From Lawsonibacter sp. (lineage in GTDB: Bacteria; Bacillota; Clostridia; Oscillospirales; Oscillospiraceae), in NCBI GenBank assembly GCA_022799835.1, contig JAAWPF010000001.1, forward strand, positions 1 to 53,747: a stretch of 53,747 nt of DNA, read 5' to 3'. The notes under the pieces are model-generated. The model had not been told where the DNA came from. It saw only the letters and a list, made by a program, of their open reading frames with translations, and searched no databases. This document shows positions 28,410-36,577 of the stretch, piece by piece. Both the position numbers and the translations under genes were made by a program. How positions within the stretch are numbered: the stretch's first letter is position 1; the number at the start of each line of letters is the position of its first letter.

Positions 28410-30626
28410 TGCCTCAGCCCTCCCGCCTCCGCGGAGCTTCCGGTAGCAGGCGTCGCACAGCCGGCCCCGCTGGTGCAAGGGCAGGGCCTTGCCGCACCGG
28501 TCGCAGAAGCGGATATTGCTGCGCAGACGGTGGAGGAGGATTTCGTTGATCTCGTCGGCCACCCGCTCCCGGCTGTCGTAGAGCTTGTCCTCGTCCACGG
28601 GGCAGGAAAATGCCTTGGCGAAGGAGAAATACAGGTCCAGCTTTTTGTAGTACAGCTCCAGTTCAGGCAGGGTGGCCTCCTCCTCGGGCAGACCGGGCTG
28701 CTCCACACTCTCCCCCTGCTGCCAGCGCTGGAGGAGCTGGAAAAACAGCTCCCGCAGGGCGTCCTCCGTCTCGTCAAAGGGGATGTTGGCCGCCCGCAGC
28801 TCCTGCTCCCGGGTGAGGACAAAGCCCATCTCCCGCAGCTTGGTGATGATTGCGATATACCGGGTGACATCCAATCTGCGGTATGGCTCCACCGTGGGCA
28901 TCCGGTTCCACTGGGTGAGCACCTCCAGCAGGTCAAAGTCCACCTGGAGCACCAGGTCGGAGAAGCCGGCCACGGCGTATTCCAGGGGCGGGACCACCGC
29001 CTCCAGCCCCGCCCGGATGGCGTTCAGGTTCTGGGTGGCCCCCACAAAACCCCTGTTGTATATCCCAAAGCGGCCCGCCCGGCCGGCAATCTGCTTGATC
29101 TCCTCCGGCCTCAGTTCCCGGCGCTCCACCCCGTCGAACTTCTCGGTCTCCATGAAGATGATGCGCCGGATGGGCAGGTTCAGTCCCATGCCAATGGCGT
29201 CGGTGGAGACCACATACTCCATCTTCCCCTCCAGAAAGCCCTCCATCTGCTTGCGGCGGGTGGCGTAGGGCAGGGCGCCGTAGATGATAGCCGGCTCCTT
29301 GCCGCTCTGCCGCAGGTCCTCCGCCACACTGAGCACCCCAATCTTGGAGAAGGTGATGAGGGCGTCCCCCGGCTGGACCCGCTGGTAGTCGATGGTGTGG
29401 GCCATGCAGATCAGCGGGGTGGTCCGCTCGTGGACCTGTACCTCCACGCTGTCGCCGCAGCTGTCAATCAGGCGCAGCAGCAGGTTTTTCGCCTCGGGGG
29501 CGGCGCACAGGTGGACCTCCGGGGCCAGGACGCCCAGAATGGCCCGGGTCCAGGCGTAGCCCCGCTGGCGGTCGGCAATCATCTGGCATTCGTCAATCAC
29601 CGCCACCTCGTAGTGCCGCTTCAGGTCCAGCTTCTCAGCGGTGGCGGACACATGGGTGTCCCCCTCCCGGATGTCCTCCTCCTCTCCAGTGGACAGAGAG
29701 CAGTTTACCCCACCGTCAATCATGTCCTCCTGGACCTCCAGGGCCAGCAGACGCAGCGGAGCCAAATAGACCCCGGTTCTGGCCTGCCTCAGCCGCTGGA
29801 TGCCGGCGTAGGTCTTGCCGGTGTTTGTGCCCCCCAGATGGAGGACAAATTTCCGGCGCATGGCCCTGGCCTCCGGATACTCGTCCTTTGGATTCAGGGC
29901 GATGAGCAGGGACAGGCTGGTGCGGATGGCCTGGGGGACATACCACACCGACCACACCGTGTCCAGCCCCTCGGCCAGCAGCTGCCGGACGGGAAAGTCC
30001 TTCGCCCGGAGAAAGGCCTCCACGTCGGCCTCGGGGTGGTTCTCAGAGAAGTCGGCCAGCAGCCGCTTGGCGGTGTTCCCCATAATTCTGGCGTAGCGCT
30101 CCGCCACCCGGCTCACCCTGGGGTGGTCGGGACAGTCCCCCAGCCAGGCCCAGGCCTTGGTGAAATTCCGGAAGATGTCCTGGAGCCGCTTGCCGTCGTA
30201 CCGCTCCTCCAGGGACAGAAACTCGTCGATGCGGGAATTGACCTGGGAGGCGCGCAGGCCCTTGCTGTTCTTGGCAGCCGGGAGACGGGCCAAAATGGCG
30301 GTGTGGTAGTAGCCGGCCAGCAGCCAGGCCAGGGAACTGTCCGCCTCCCTGGCATTCCACGCCTGGCTCAGGGCGGACTGGGCCCGCCGCACCGCCTGGG
30401 GGACGGGACGGGTCTGGCTCCCGGCCCGGGCACCCTCCTTCCGCCCGGCAAATCCGGGTTCGCTCTCCGCCAGCAGCACATCCTCCTTGTCCCAGACCCG
30501 GACAGGGCGTCCGTTCCGCATGAAAAAGAGGGGCTTGGGAAGCAGCGCCCCCATCATCTCCTTGGTCCAGCCCCGCCGCTTGAGCACGGCCACCGGCCAG
30601 TAGTTTTCTTCCGGACGTCTGGGCAT
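28392..30626 (-). CDS. SUV3-like SF2 RNA helicase with N-terminal extension and C-terminal CxxC...CxxC
   Basis: HLGGTNTGKTY, YLAPLRLLALE, IDECQM, YGALP, STDAIGMGLNLPIRR, QIAGRAGRFG; tail CDRC...CDAC. Confidence 0.9.
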   Translation of the reverse strand: MPRRPEENYWPVAVLKRRGWTKEMMGALLPKPLFFMRNGRPVRVWDKEDVLLAESEPGFAGRKEGARAGSQTRPVPQAVRRAQSALSQAWNAREADSSLAWLLAGYYHTAILARLPAAKNSKGLRASQVNSRIDEFLSLEERYDGKRLQDIFRNFTKAWAWLGDCPDHPRVSRVAERYARIMGNTAKRLLADFSENHPEADVEAFLRAKDFPVRQLLAEGLDTVWSVWYVPQAIRTSLSLLIALNPKDEYPEARAMRRKFVLHLGGTNTGKTYAGIQRLRQARTGVYLAPLRLLALEVQEDMIDGGVNCSLSTGEEEDIREGDTHVSATAEKLDLKRHYEVAVIDECQMIADRQRGYAWTRAILGVLAPEVHLCAAPEAKNLLLRLIDSCGDSVEVQVHERTTPLICMAHTIDYQRVQPGDALITFSKIGVLSVAEDLRQSGKEPAIIYGALPYATRRKQMEGFLEGKMEYVVSTDAIGMGLNLPIRRIIFMETEKFDGVERRELRPEEIKQIAGRAGRFGIYNRGFVGATQNLNAIRAGLEAVVPPLEYAVAGFSDLVLQVDFDLLEVLTQWNRMPTVEPYRRLDVTRYIAIITKLREMGFVLTREQELRAANIPFDETEDALRELFFQLLQRWQQGESVEQPGLPEEEATLPELELYYKKLDLYFSFAKAFSCPVDEDKLYDSRERVADEINEILLHRLRSNIRFCDRCGKALPLHQRGRLCDACYRKLRGGGRAEAHRPRE

Positions 30627-30839
30627 GACACGTTCTCCCTCCTGTCAGTTCAAATCGCTGTTCTAATAGTATAGCCCAGAAGGCGAAAATCTTCAACCGC
30701 AGATTTCAGACCGCCGGCGCAGGAGCTTTTTCCTCCCCCGCAAAAATTGTTTCCGATCCTGTGTTAGATTTCTGTTAATCCGCTTGTTCTGTCCCCGCCA
30801 AATGTGCTATGATAGCTCTACAGAAAGAGAGGCGATCCT

Positions 30840-31559
30840 ATGTCTCCCATATCCAAGGTCACCCGGCGCTACATTCTGGACTTTTTATTTCGGCTGGCCG
30901 TCTTTCTCCTCATCGCCGGGGTCTACCTCCTCCGTCCCGCTTGGCTGGACTTCACCGCTCCAGGCCTGTCCTGGCCGCTGGTCCTGCTGTGGGTGCCGGT
31001 GCTGGTCTCCATGCTGTCTCAGCTCAACTCCAGCAGCGGACTGACCACCGGCTGCTTAAAGCAGTACCCCAACCGCTTCGACCCCGTCCCGAACTACGAC
31101 CCCCAGGAACTGGCCCGGGCGGTGCGCTGGCAGAACCGGGGGGCGGTCAGGACAGCGGCGGTGTGGCTGGCCATCAACCTGGGCTTTGGCCTGCTGTACC
31201 ACCAAGGGATGCTGGGGGCGCCCACCCTGGTGCTGCTGTGCGCTCTGGCCTACCTGTGCGACCTGGTGTGCGTGCTGTTTTTCTGCCCCTTCCAGTTCTT
31301 TCTGATGCACAACCGCTGCTGCGTCAACTGCCGCATCTTCGCCTGGGGCTCCTGGATGATGGCCGCCCCCCTGATGTGCGTCCCCCACTGGTACTCCTGG
31401 TCCCTGTTCGGGGCCGGGCTGCTGGTGCTGTGCGTGTGGGAGGCGCGGTTTCATCGCTACCCGGAGCGCTTCTGGCACGGCTCCAACCGAAATCTTCAAT
31501 GCGCCTCCTGCCAGGAACAGCTGTGCCGCTATAAGCGGCCCCGCCGGAGGGGCGCCTGA
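30840..31559 (+). CDS. Cys-rich hypothetical membrane protein
   Basis: About 5-6 hydrophobic segments; CDLVCVLFFCPF, NRCCVNCRIF, CASCQEQLC; RBS before ATG. Confidence 0.8.
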   Translation: MSPISKVTRRYILDFLFRLAVFLLIAGVYLLRPAWLDFTAPGLSWPLVLLWVPVLVSMLSQLNSSSGLTTGCLKQYPNRFDPVPNYDPQELARAVRWQNRGAVRTAAVWLAINLGFGLLYHQGMLGAPTLVLLCALAYLCDLVCVLFFCPFQFFLMHNRCCVNCRIFAWGSWMMAAPLMCVPHWYSWSLFGAGLLVLCVWEARFHRYPERFWHGSNRNLQCASCQEQLCRYKRPRRRGA

Positions 31560-31561
31560 CA

Positions 31562-31594
31562 AGACAGCCGGAGACTTCTTGTCTCCGGCTGTCT
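31562..31594. terminator. Hairpin between convergent genes
   Basis: AGACAGCCGGAGAC-ttctt-GTCTCCGGCTGTCT. Confidence 0.7.
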
Positions 31595-31612
31595 CTGTCT
31601 GTCCTGTATTCG

Positions 31613-32737
31613 TCAGTCACACCGGGAGGCCCGTCCGCCGCCGCTCCGCCCCTCCTCCATCATGCCGAAGGCCTCCATAAAGAAGGTCCGGGAGCGCAGG
31701 CCGTGTTTGGCCTCCACCGTCCGGACTGCGTCGTCCGCCACAGCCGCCATCAGCTGGGAGTCGGCGGTGGCCCTGGCATTTATAATGAAAGAGACAGCGG
31801 TATAGTCCCGGTCCAGCCTTCTGGCAAACTCCAGGGGGCAGTCCACCCCCAGCAGGCTCGCCTTGACAAAGTCGCTCCCCTCGCCGGCGGCGAAGAGCTT
31901 CAGGTGGGGGACGTTGCCCCCCGCCGCTTTCAGCCCCTGGCGGACCGTCTCCAGCAGATCCTCCGCCACGGTGTTGAAGTCAATGTCCCGCTGCCCAGTC
32001 TGCTCGAAGAACACCCGGCGGTTGTACCAGGAGAAGTGCCGTTCCGCCGCCACAAAGGCGTCGCTGCCGTAACCGATCTCCCTGTGGACAGCGGCGGAGG
32101 TGTGGGTCATAAGATAGTCCACCGCCTGATCCACCCCCTCGCCAGTGAGGGCGGAGATGGCCATCACCCGCGCGCCGGGGTAGGAGGCGGTGAGAAATTC
32201 CATCCGCTGCTCCCGCTCCTCCGGGGTAAGCAGGTCAATCTTGTTGAGCACAATCAGGTCGGCCTCCGCCAGCTGGGCATCCAGCAGAAAGCGCAGCTCC
32301 CCGGGAAAGCCCAAGTCCGCCCGCTCCGGCATAAGCATCCGCAGCCGCTCCGGGTCCACCACACACAGGAAGGGCATCAGCGTAAACTCGTCGGGCTCCC
32401 GGCGCTCCAGCTCCAGATAGACGTGGTCCAGCGCCCCGATGCCGCAGCCGGGAATGTCAGAGAAGATGACATCAGCCCCCTGTCCCGCCAGCCGGTTCAG
32501 CTTGTCCACCAGATTTTCATGCTGATAGCAGATGCAGTCCCCCGTGATTCGGTCGGTCAGAACGCCGCTGGACGCCGCTGTATAGTCCGCGTCCACAATA
32601 TCCCTGGCCCCCAGGTCGTTGGCCAGAATGGCCGCCCTGCCCCAGCGCCGGTCAACCGACCGGGCAAAGGCAATCATAGAGGTGGTCTTTCCCGCCCCCA
32701 GAAATCCGCTGGTCACCATGTATTTCGCCTTTGCCAT
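31613..32737 (-). CDS. CobW/HypB/UreG (G3E) family GTPase, putative metallochaperone
   Basis: SGFLGAGKTT, GDCICY, QLAEADLIVLNKIDL, ISALTGEG, GNVPHLK. Confidence 0.88.
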   Translation of the reverse strand: MAKAKYMVTSGFLGAGKTTSMIAFARSVDRRWGRAAILANDLGARDIVDADYTAASSGVLTDRITGDCICYQHENLVDKLNRLAGQGADVIFSDIPGCGIGALDHVYLELERREPDEFTLMPFLCVVDPERLRMLMPERADLGFPGELRFLLDAQLAEADLIVLNKIDLLTPEEREQRMEFLTASYPGARVMAISALTGEGVDQAVDYLMTHTSAAVHREIGYGSDAFVAAERHFSWYNRRVFFEQTGQRDIDFNTVAEDLLETVRQGLKAAGGNVPHLKLFAAGEGSDFVKASLLGVDCPLEFARRLDRDYTAVSFIINARATADSQLMAAVADDAVRTVEAKHGLRSRTFFMEAFGMMEEGRSGGGRASRCD

Positions 32738-32760
32738 CTCTCATTCCCTCCTCCCACGCG

Positions 32761-33189
32761 TCAAAGCTCCGAACAGCCCGCAGAAAAACCGTAGCGCTCC
32801 AAAATCTCCAGCGCCTTCCCGGCGCAGGCGCGGATCAGTTTCGGACAGGTCAGCGGGATGTTGGCCTTGTCCCCCTGAATAATATCGCCGCAGTCGGCGC
32901 TGCCGTAGGTCCCCTCAAACCAGGCCAAATATTCCGAAACCATAGCCGCCAGGTCCGGGTCGGTCTCCTCCTCCGGCGCACCCCGCCCGGCAAACAGGCT
33001 GAGCATACACGCTCCGCCGGTGAGCGCCCCGCAGTTGCGCCCACAGCCCCCCAATCCGCCGGCCAGACCGCTCATGGCTTTGACCAGGTTGGGCTCCTCC
33101 AGTTCCATCGCGTCCATCCCCACCCGCATCATAATTTGAGAACAGTGAAACTTTTGGGCCAGCAGCTCAGAGATCTTTTCATCCAGCAC
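32761..33189 (-). CDS. C-GCAxxG-C-C family redox protein (DVU_1555-like)
   Basis: HCSQ...GLAGGLG..GRNCGALTGG...ADCGDI...TCPKL; GTG 33189 follows AAAGGAGG. Confidence 0.88.
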   Translation of the reverse strand: MLDEKISELLAQKFHCSQIMMRVGMDAMELEEPNLVKAMSGLAGGLGGCGRNCGALTGGACMLSLFAGRGAPEEETDPDLAAMVSEYLAWFEGTYGSADCGDIIQGDKANIPLTCPKLIRACAGKALEILERYGFSAGCSEL

Positions 33190-33234
33190 GATGATATTTC
33201 CTCCTTTTTTCATATGATTGATTGGAATAAGCGA

Positions 33235-33263
33235 AGTATACTCGAAAAAATGATGATTGTCAA
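33235..33263 (-). promoter_or_regulatory. sigma-A promoter for the C-GCAxxG-C-C/CobW pair
   Basis: TTGACA-17 bp-TATACT on the minus strand. Confidence 0.8.
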
Positions 33264-33342
33264 TATAAACATCAATTTACGGAGCAGTATTTGATTTAAT
33301 TTGTTATTATGAATGAAAATTATTTCTGAAAAATAAATCTTC

Positions 33343-33366
33343 CGTTATCCTCAGTTTGTCATATCG
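33343..33366. promoter_or_regulatory. ModE-type box in the divergent promoter region
   Basis: CGTTAT-N12-ATATCG, same geometry as ModE consensus CGnTAT-N12-ATAnCG and as the boxes before modA. Confidence 0.6.
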
Positions 33367-33473
33367 CCAATTATGTCGATAAACTAGCTTAATTCTCTTT
33401 AAACCGGTCAAAAAGAAGAACAAAAATATTTTTATTTTATTGTTCATTTTTCATTTATTGGTAGTTTTCTACA

Positions 33474-33502
33474 TTGACACGAGGAAAATTTTCACCTATA
33501 CT
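33474..33502 (+). promoter_or_regulatory. sigma-A promoter for the aldehyde oxidoreductase operon
   Basis: TTGACA-17 bp-TATACT. Confidence 0.82.
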
Positions 33503-33562
33503 TATGACGAACAAGAGCTCGAAAAATGTTTTTATTCTTATTTTAGTAGGAGGACAGTGCTT

Positions 33563-36496
33563 ATGAATCTGAGAAAAATGTGGTTGAATATCAACGGTGT
33601 AGACCGGGTCTTCACCTGCGATCCCGAGGTGGACTCCCTGGCCGATATTCTGCGCCGCATGGGCCTGACGGGCACCAAGGTGGGCTGCGGCACCGGCGTG
33701 TGCGGCTCCTGTTCCGTCATTCTCAATGGCGAACTCATCCGCTCCTGCACCCGGAAGGTCCGGGCCATCAAGGAGTACAGCACCGTTATTACCATCGAGG
33801 GCATCGGCACCCCCCAGAACCCCCACCCCATCCAGATTGCCTGGATGAACTGCGGCGCGGTTCAGTGCGGCTTCTGCACCCCCGGCTTCATCGTCTCTGC
33901 TTACGCTCTGCTGATGAACAACCCCAACCCCACCCGCCAGGAGGCCCGGGAGTGGTTCACCAAGCACCGCAACGTGTGCCGCTGCACCGGCTACAAGCAG
34001 ATCATCGACGCCGTGATGGACGCCGCCAAGGTCATGCGGGGGGAGGCCACCATCGAGGATATCTCTGTAAAGGTGCCCACTGACGGCGAGTATTACGGCA
34101 AGCCCCTGGTGCGGCCCACCGCCATGGCCAAGGTCTGCGGCCTGTATGACTACGGCGACGATCAGGAACTGTCCTTCCCTGAAAATACCCTCTTTGGCGC
34201 CATCGTCCAGCCCCGGGTGGCCCACCACGCCAGGATTCTGGCCATCCACACCGAGGAGGCCGAGAAGATGCCCGGCGTCTACAAGGTGGTCACCGCCAAG
34301 GAGCTGAAGGCCGCCGGCGGCACCAATGTGCTGGCCGAGGGCCAGTTCCACGAGCGCTCCACCGTGCTGGAGTCCTCCCGCCGGGTGCTGTGCGATGAGA
34401 AGATCTTCCGCTATGGCGACGTGGTGGCCGTGGTCTGCGCCGACACCCGGGCCCATGCCCGTGCCGCGGCCGCCAAGGTGACCGTGGACATCGAGAAGCT
34501 GCCCGAGATGCTGAACTACCTGGAGGCCGTCATGCCCGACGCCATCCGCGTCCACGAGGACACCCCCAATATCTACTGTGAGCAGCCCCTGCTCAAGGGC
34601 GTGGGCCTGGAGGACGCGGAAAAGGTCCGGGAGCTGATTGACAGCGCCCCCAACGTGGTGGAGGGTTCCTTCTACTCCACCCGCCAGCCCCACATGTCCA
34701 TCGAGGGCGACGTGATGCAGAGTTACTTCGACGAGGACGGCTTCCTGACGTTCCAGTGCAAGAGCCAGGGCGTTTACTCCTCCATCAGCCGCATCGGCGG
34801 CAGCTTGGGCGTGTCCACCAATAAGATGCGCGTTTTGATGAACCCCACCGGCGCCAGCTTCGGCTGGTCCACCAACGCCAGCGACCTGGCCCTGTGCGGC
34901 GCCTGCACGGTGGTCACCGGGATGCCCGTCTCCCTGTCCATGACCTACGAGGAGCACCAGCACTTCTCCGGCAAGCGGGCCCCCGCCTACTCCAACGGCC
35001 GGCTGGCCTGTGACAAGGACGGCAAAATCATCGCTGCCGAATACGACTTCGGTGTGGACCACGGCGCTTACTCCTGGGGCGGTGACGACCTGATTACCAA
35101 GGTGGTCCGCCACGTCTACTTCCCCTACAATGTGCCCCACGTGGCCGCTCTGGGCCGCATCGCCAACACCAACCACAACTTCGCAACCGCCTACCGCTCC
35201 TACGGCTCCCCCCAGGCCTACACCCACTCCGAGTCTATGATGGACCTGATGGCCGAGAAGCTGGGCCTGGACCCCTTCGAGATCCGCTGGCGCAACATCG
35301 CCCACGAAGGCGACACCACCACCGCCAGCTACGACTACCCCCAGTACCCCATGGAGGAGATTATGATCAAGGCCAAGCCCGTCTATGAGGAGATGGTGGC
35401 CCATGCGAAAGCCACCTCCACCCCCGACAAGCTGCGGGCTGTAGGCGTGGCCTGGGGCGGCTTCAATGTCACCGAGGGGGCCACTGACGAGGCCCACGCC
35501 GACCTGGAGCTCAACCCCGACGGCACCATCACCAAGTACGACACCTATCAGGAACTGGGCCAGGGCGGCGACATCGGCTCTCTGATGCTCACTCTGGAGG
35601 CCCTGAAGCCCTTGGGCATCAAGCCCGAGCAGGTCCGGCTGGTCCAGAACGACACCAAGCTGTGCCCCGACTCCGGTATGTCCGGCGCCAGCCGCACCCA
35701 CTTCATGAGCGGCAACGCCACCATCGACGCGGCCAACAAGCTGCTCTCCGCCATGCGCAAGGCCGACGGCACCTACCGCACCTGTGAGGAGATGGTGGCC
35801 GAGGGTCTGCCCACCCGCTACCACGGCACCTACACCTGCACCACCGCCGCCCCTCGGGGCAAGAAGCTGTGCCGCATGGACCCCAACACCGGCGTAGGCA
35901 ACCCCAACCCTTCCTACACCTATTGCTTCAATATCGCCGAGGTGGAGGTAGATGTCAAGACCGGCAAGGCCAGCTGCATCCGCTTCGCCTGCGTCACCGA
36001 CGTGGGCAAGCCGGGCAACATCGCGGCCGTCCTGGGCCAGGCCTACGGCGGTATCTCCCACTCCATCGGCTTCGCCCTCACCGAGAACTATGACGATGTG
36101 AAGATCCACGGCAATATCGCCCGCTCCGGCGTGCCCTACTGCACCGACACCCCCGACGATATCAACGTAATCCTCATCGACCGGCCCGACGAGATTGGCC
36201 CCTTCGGCTCCTCCGGCTCCTCCGAGGCCTTCCAGGCCTCCGGCCACATGGCTGTTATCAACGGCATCAAGCGGGCCTGCGGCGTGCGCATCTATGAGCT
36301 GCCCGCCTCTCCCGACAAGATCAAGGCCGGCATGGAGGCCATCGCCGCCGGCCGGGAGCCCCGCAAGCCCGAGAAGTACTTCCTGGGCGACGACCTGTAT
36401 GAGCGGCTGGCGGACATCAAGGAGCACCCTGTCACCTTCGGCGGCGACAGCTTCTACGAGCCTCTGGATGACAAGAATGCGGCGAAACCCTTCTAA
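33563..36496 (+). CDS. Molybdopterin-dependent aldehyde oxidoreductase (Mop-type xanthine oxidase family; two [2Fe-2S] + Moco domains, no FAD domain)
   Basis: GTKVGCGTGVCGSC, QCGFCTPG, CRCTGY, GASFG, AYRSYGSPQ, ELGQG, SGASR, GQAYGG, SGSSE (catalytic Glu position); AGGAGG RBS before ATG 33563. Confidence 0.95.
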   Translation: MNLRKMWLNINGVDRVFTCDPEVDSLADILRRMGLTGTKVGCGTGVCGSCSVILNGELIRSCTRKVRAIKEYSTVITIEGIGTPQNPHPIQIAWMNCGAVQCGFCTPGFIVSAYALLMNNPNPTRQEAREWFTKHRNVCRCTGYKQIIDAVMDAAKVMRGEATIEDISVKVPTDGEYYGKPLVRPTAMAKVCGLYDYGDDQELSFPENTLFGAIVQPRVAHHARILAIHTEEAEKMPGVYKVVTAKELKAAGGTNVLAEGQFHERSTVLESSRRVLCDEKIFRYGDVVAVVCADTRAHARAAAAKVTVDIEKLPEMLNYLEAVMPDAIRVHEDTPNIYCEQPLLKGVGLEDAEKVRELIDSAPNVVEGSFYSTRQPHMSIEGDVMQSYFDEDGFLTFQCKSQGVYSSISRIGGSLGVSTNKMRVLMNPTGASFGWSTNASDLALCGACTVVTGMPVSLSMTYEEHQHFSGKRAPAYSNGRLACDKDGKIIAAEYDFGVDHGAYSWGGDDLITKVVRHVYFPYNVPHVAALGRIANTNHNFATAYRSYGSPQAYTHSESMMDLMAEKLGLDPFEIRWRNIAHEGDTTTASYDYPQYPMEEIMIKAKPVYEEMVAHAKATSTPDKLRAVGVAWGGFNVTEGATDEAHADLELNPDGTITKYDTYQELGQGGDIGSLMLTLEALKPLGIKPEQVRLVQNDTKLCPDSGMSGASRTHFMSGNATIDAANKLLSAMRKADGTYRTCEEMVAEGLPTRYHGTYTCTTAAPRGKKLCRMDPNTGVGNPNPSYTYCFNIAEVEVDVKTGKASCIRFACVTDVGKPGNIAAVLGQAYGGISHSIGFALTENYDDVKIHGNIARSGVPYCTDTPDDINVILIDRPDEIGPFGSSGSSEAFQASGHMAVINGIKRACGVRIYELPASPDKIKAGMEAIAAGREPRKPEKYFLGDDLYERLADIKEHPVTFGGDSFYEPLDDKNAAKPF

Positions 36497-36511
36497 AGCC
36501 AATTCCTTCGC

Positions 36512-36563
36512 GGATGCGGGCTGTGGGCAGGAATGCCCGCAGCCCGTGTCCCCAGCTGTTTTT
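36512..36563 (+). terminator. Intercistronic stem-loop after the AOR gene
   Basis: GGATGCGGGCTGTGGGCA...TGCCCGCAGCCCGTGTCC, with GTTTTT a few nt later. Confidence 0.5.
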
Positions 36564-36577
36564 GAGAGGAGGCCGCT

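Noticed and set aside
28296-30674. 792-aa plus-strand ORF
   Set aside because: Antisense to the SUV3-like helicase, which carries all the conserved motifs.
33508-33521. LexA-like box CGAACAAGAGCTCG downstream of the AOR -10
   Set aside because: One mismatch in a key position, single copy, and no SOS rationale; not supportable from the sequence alone.
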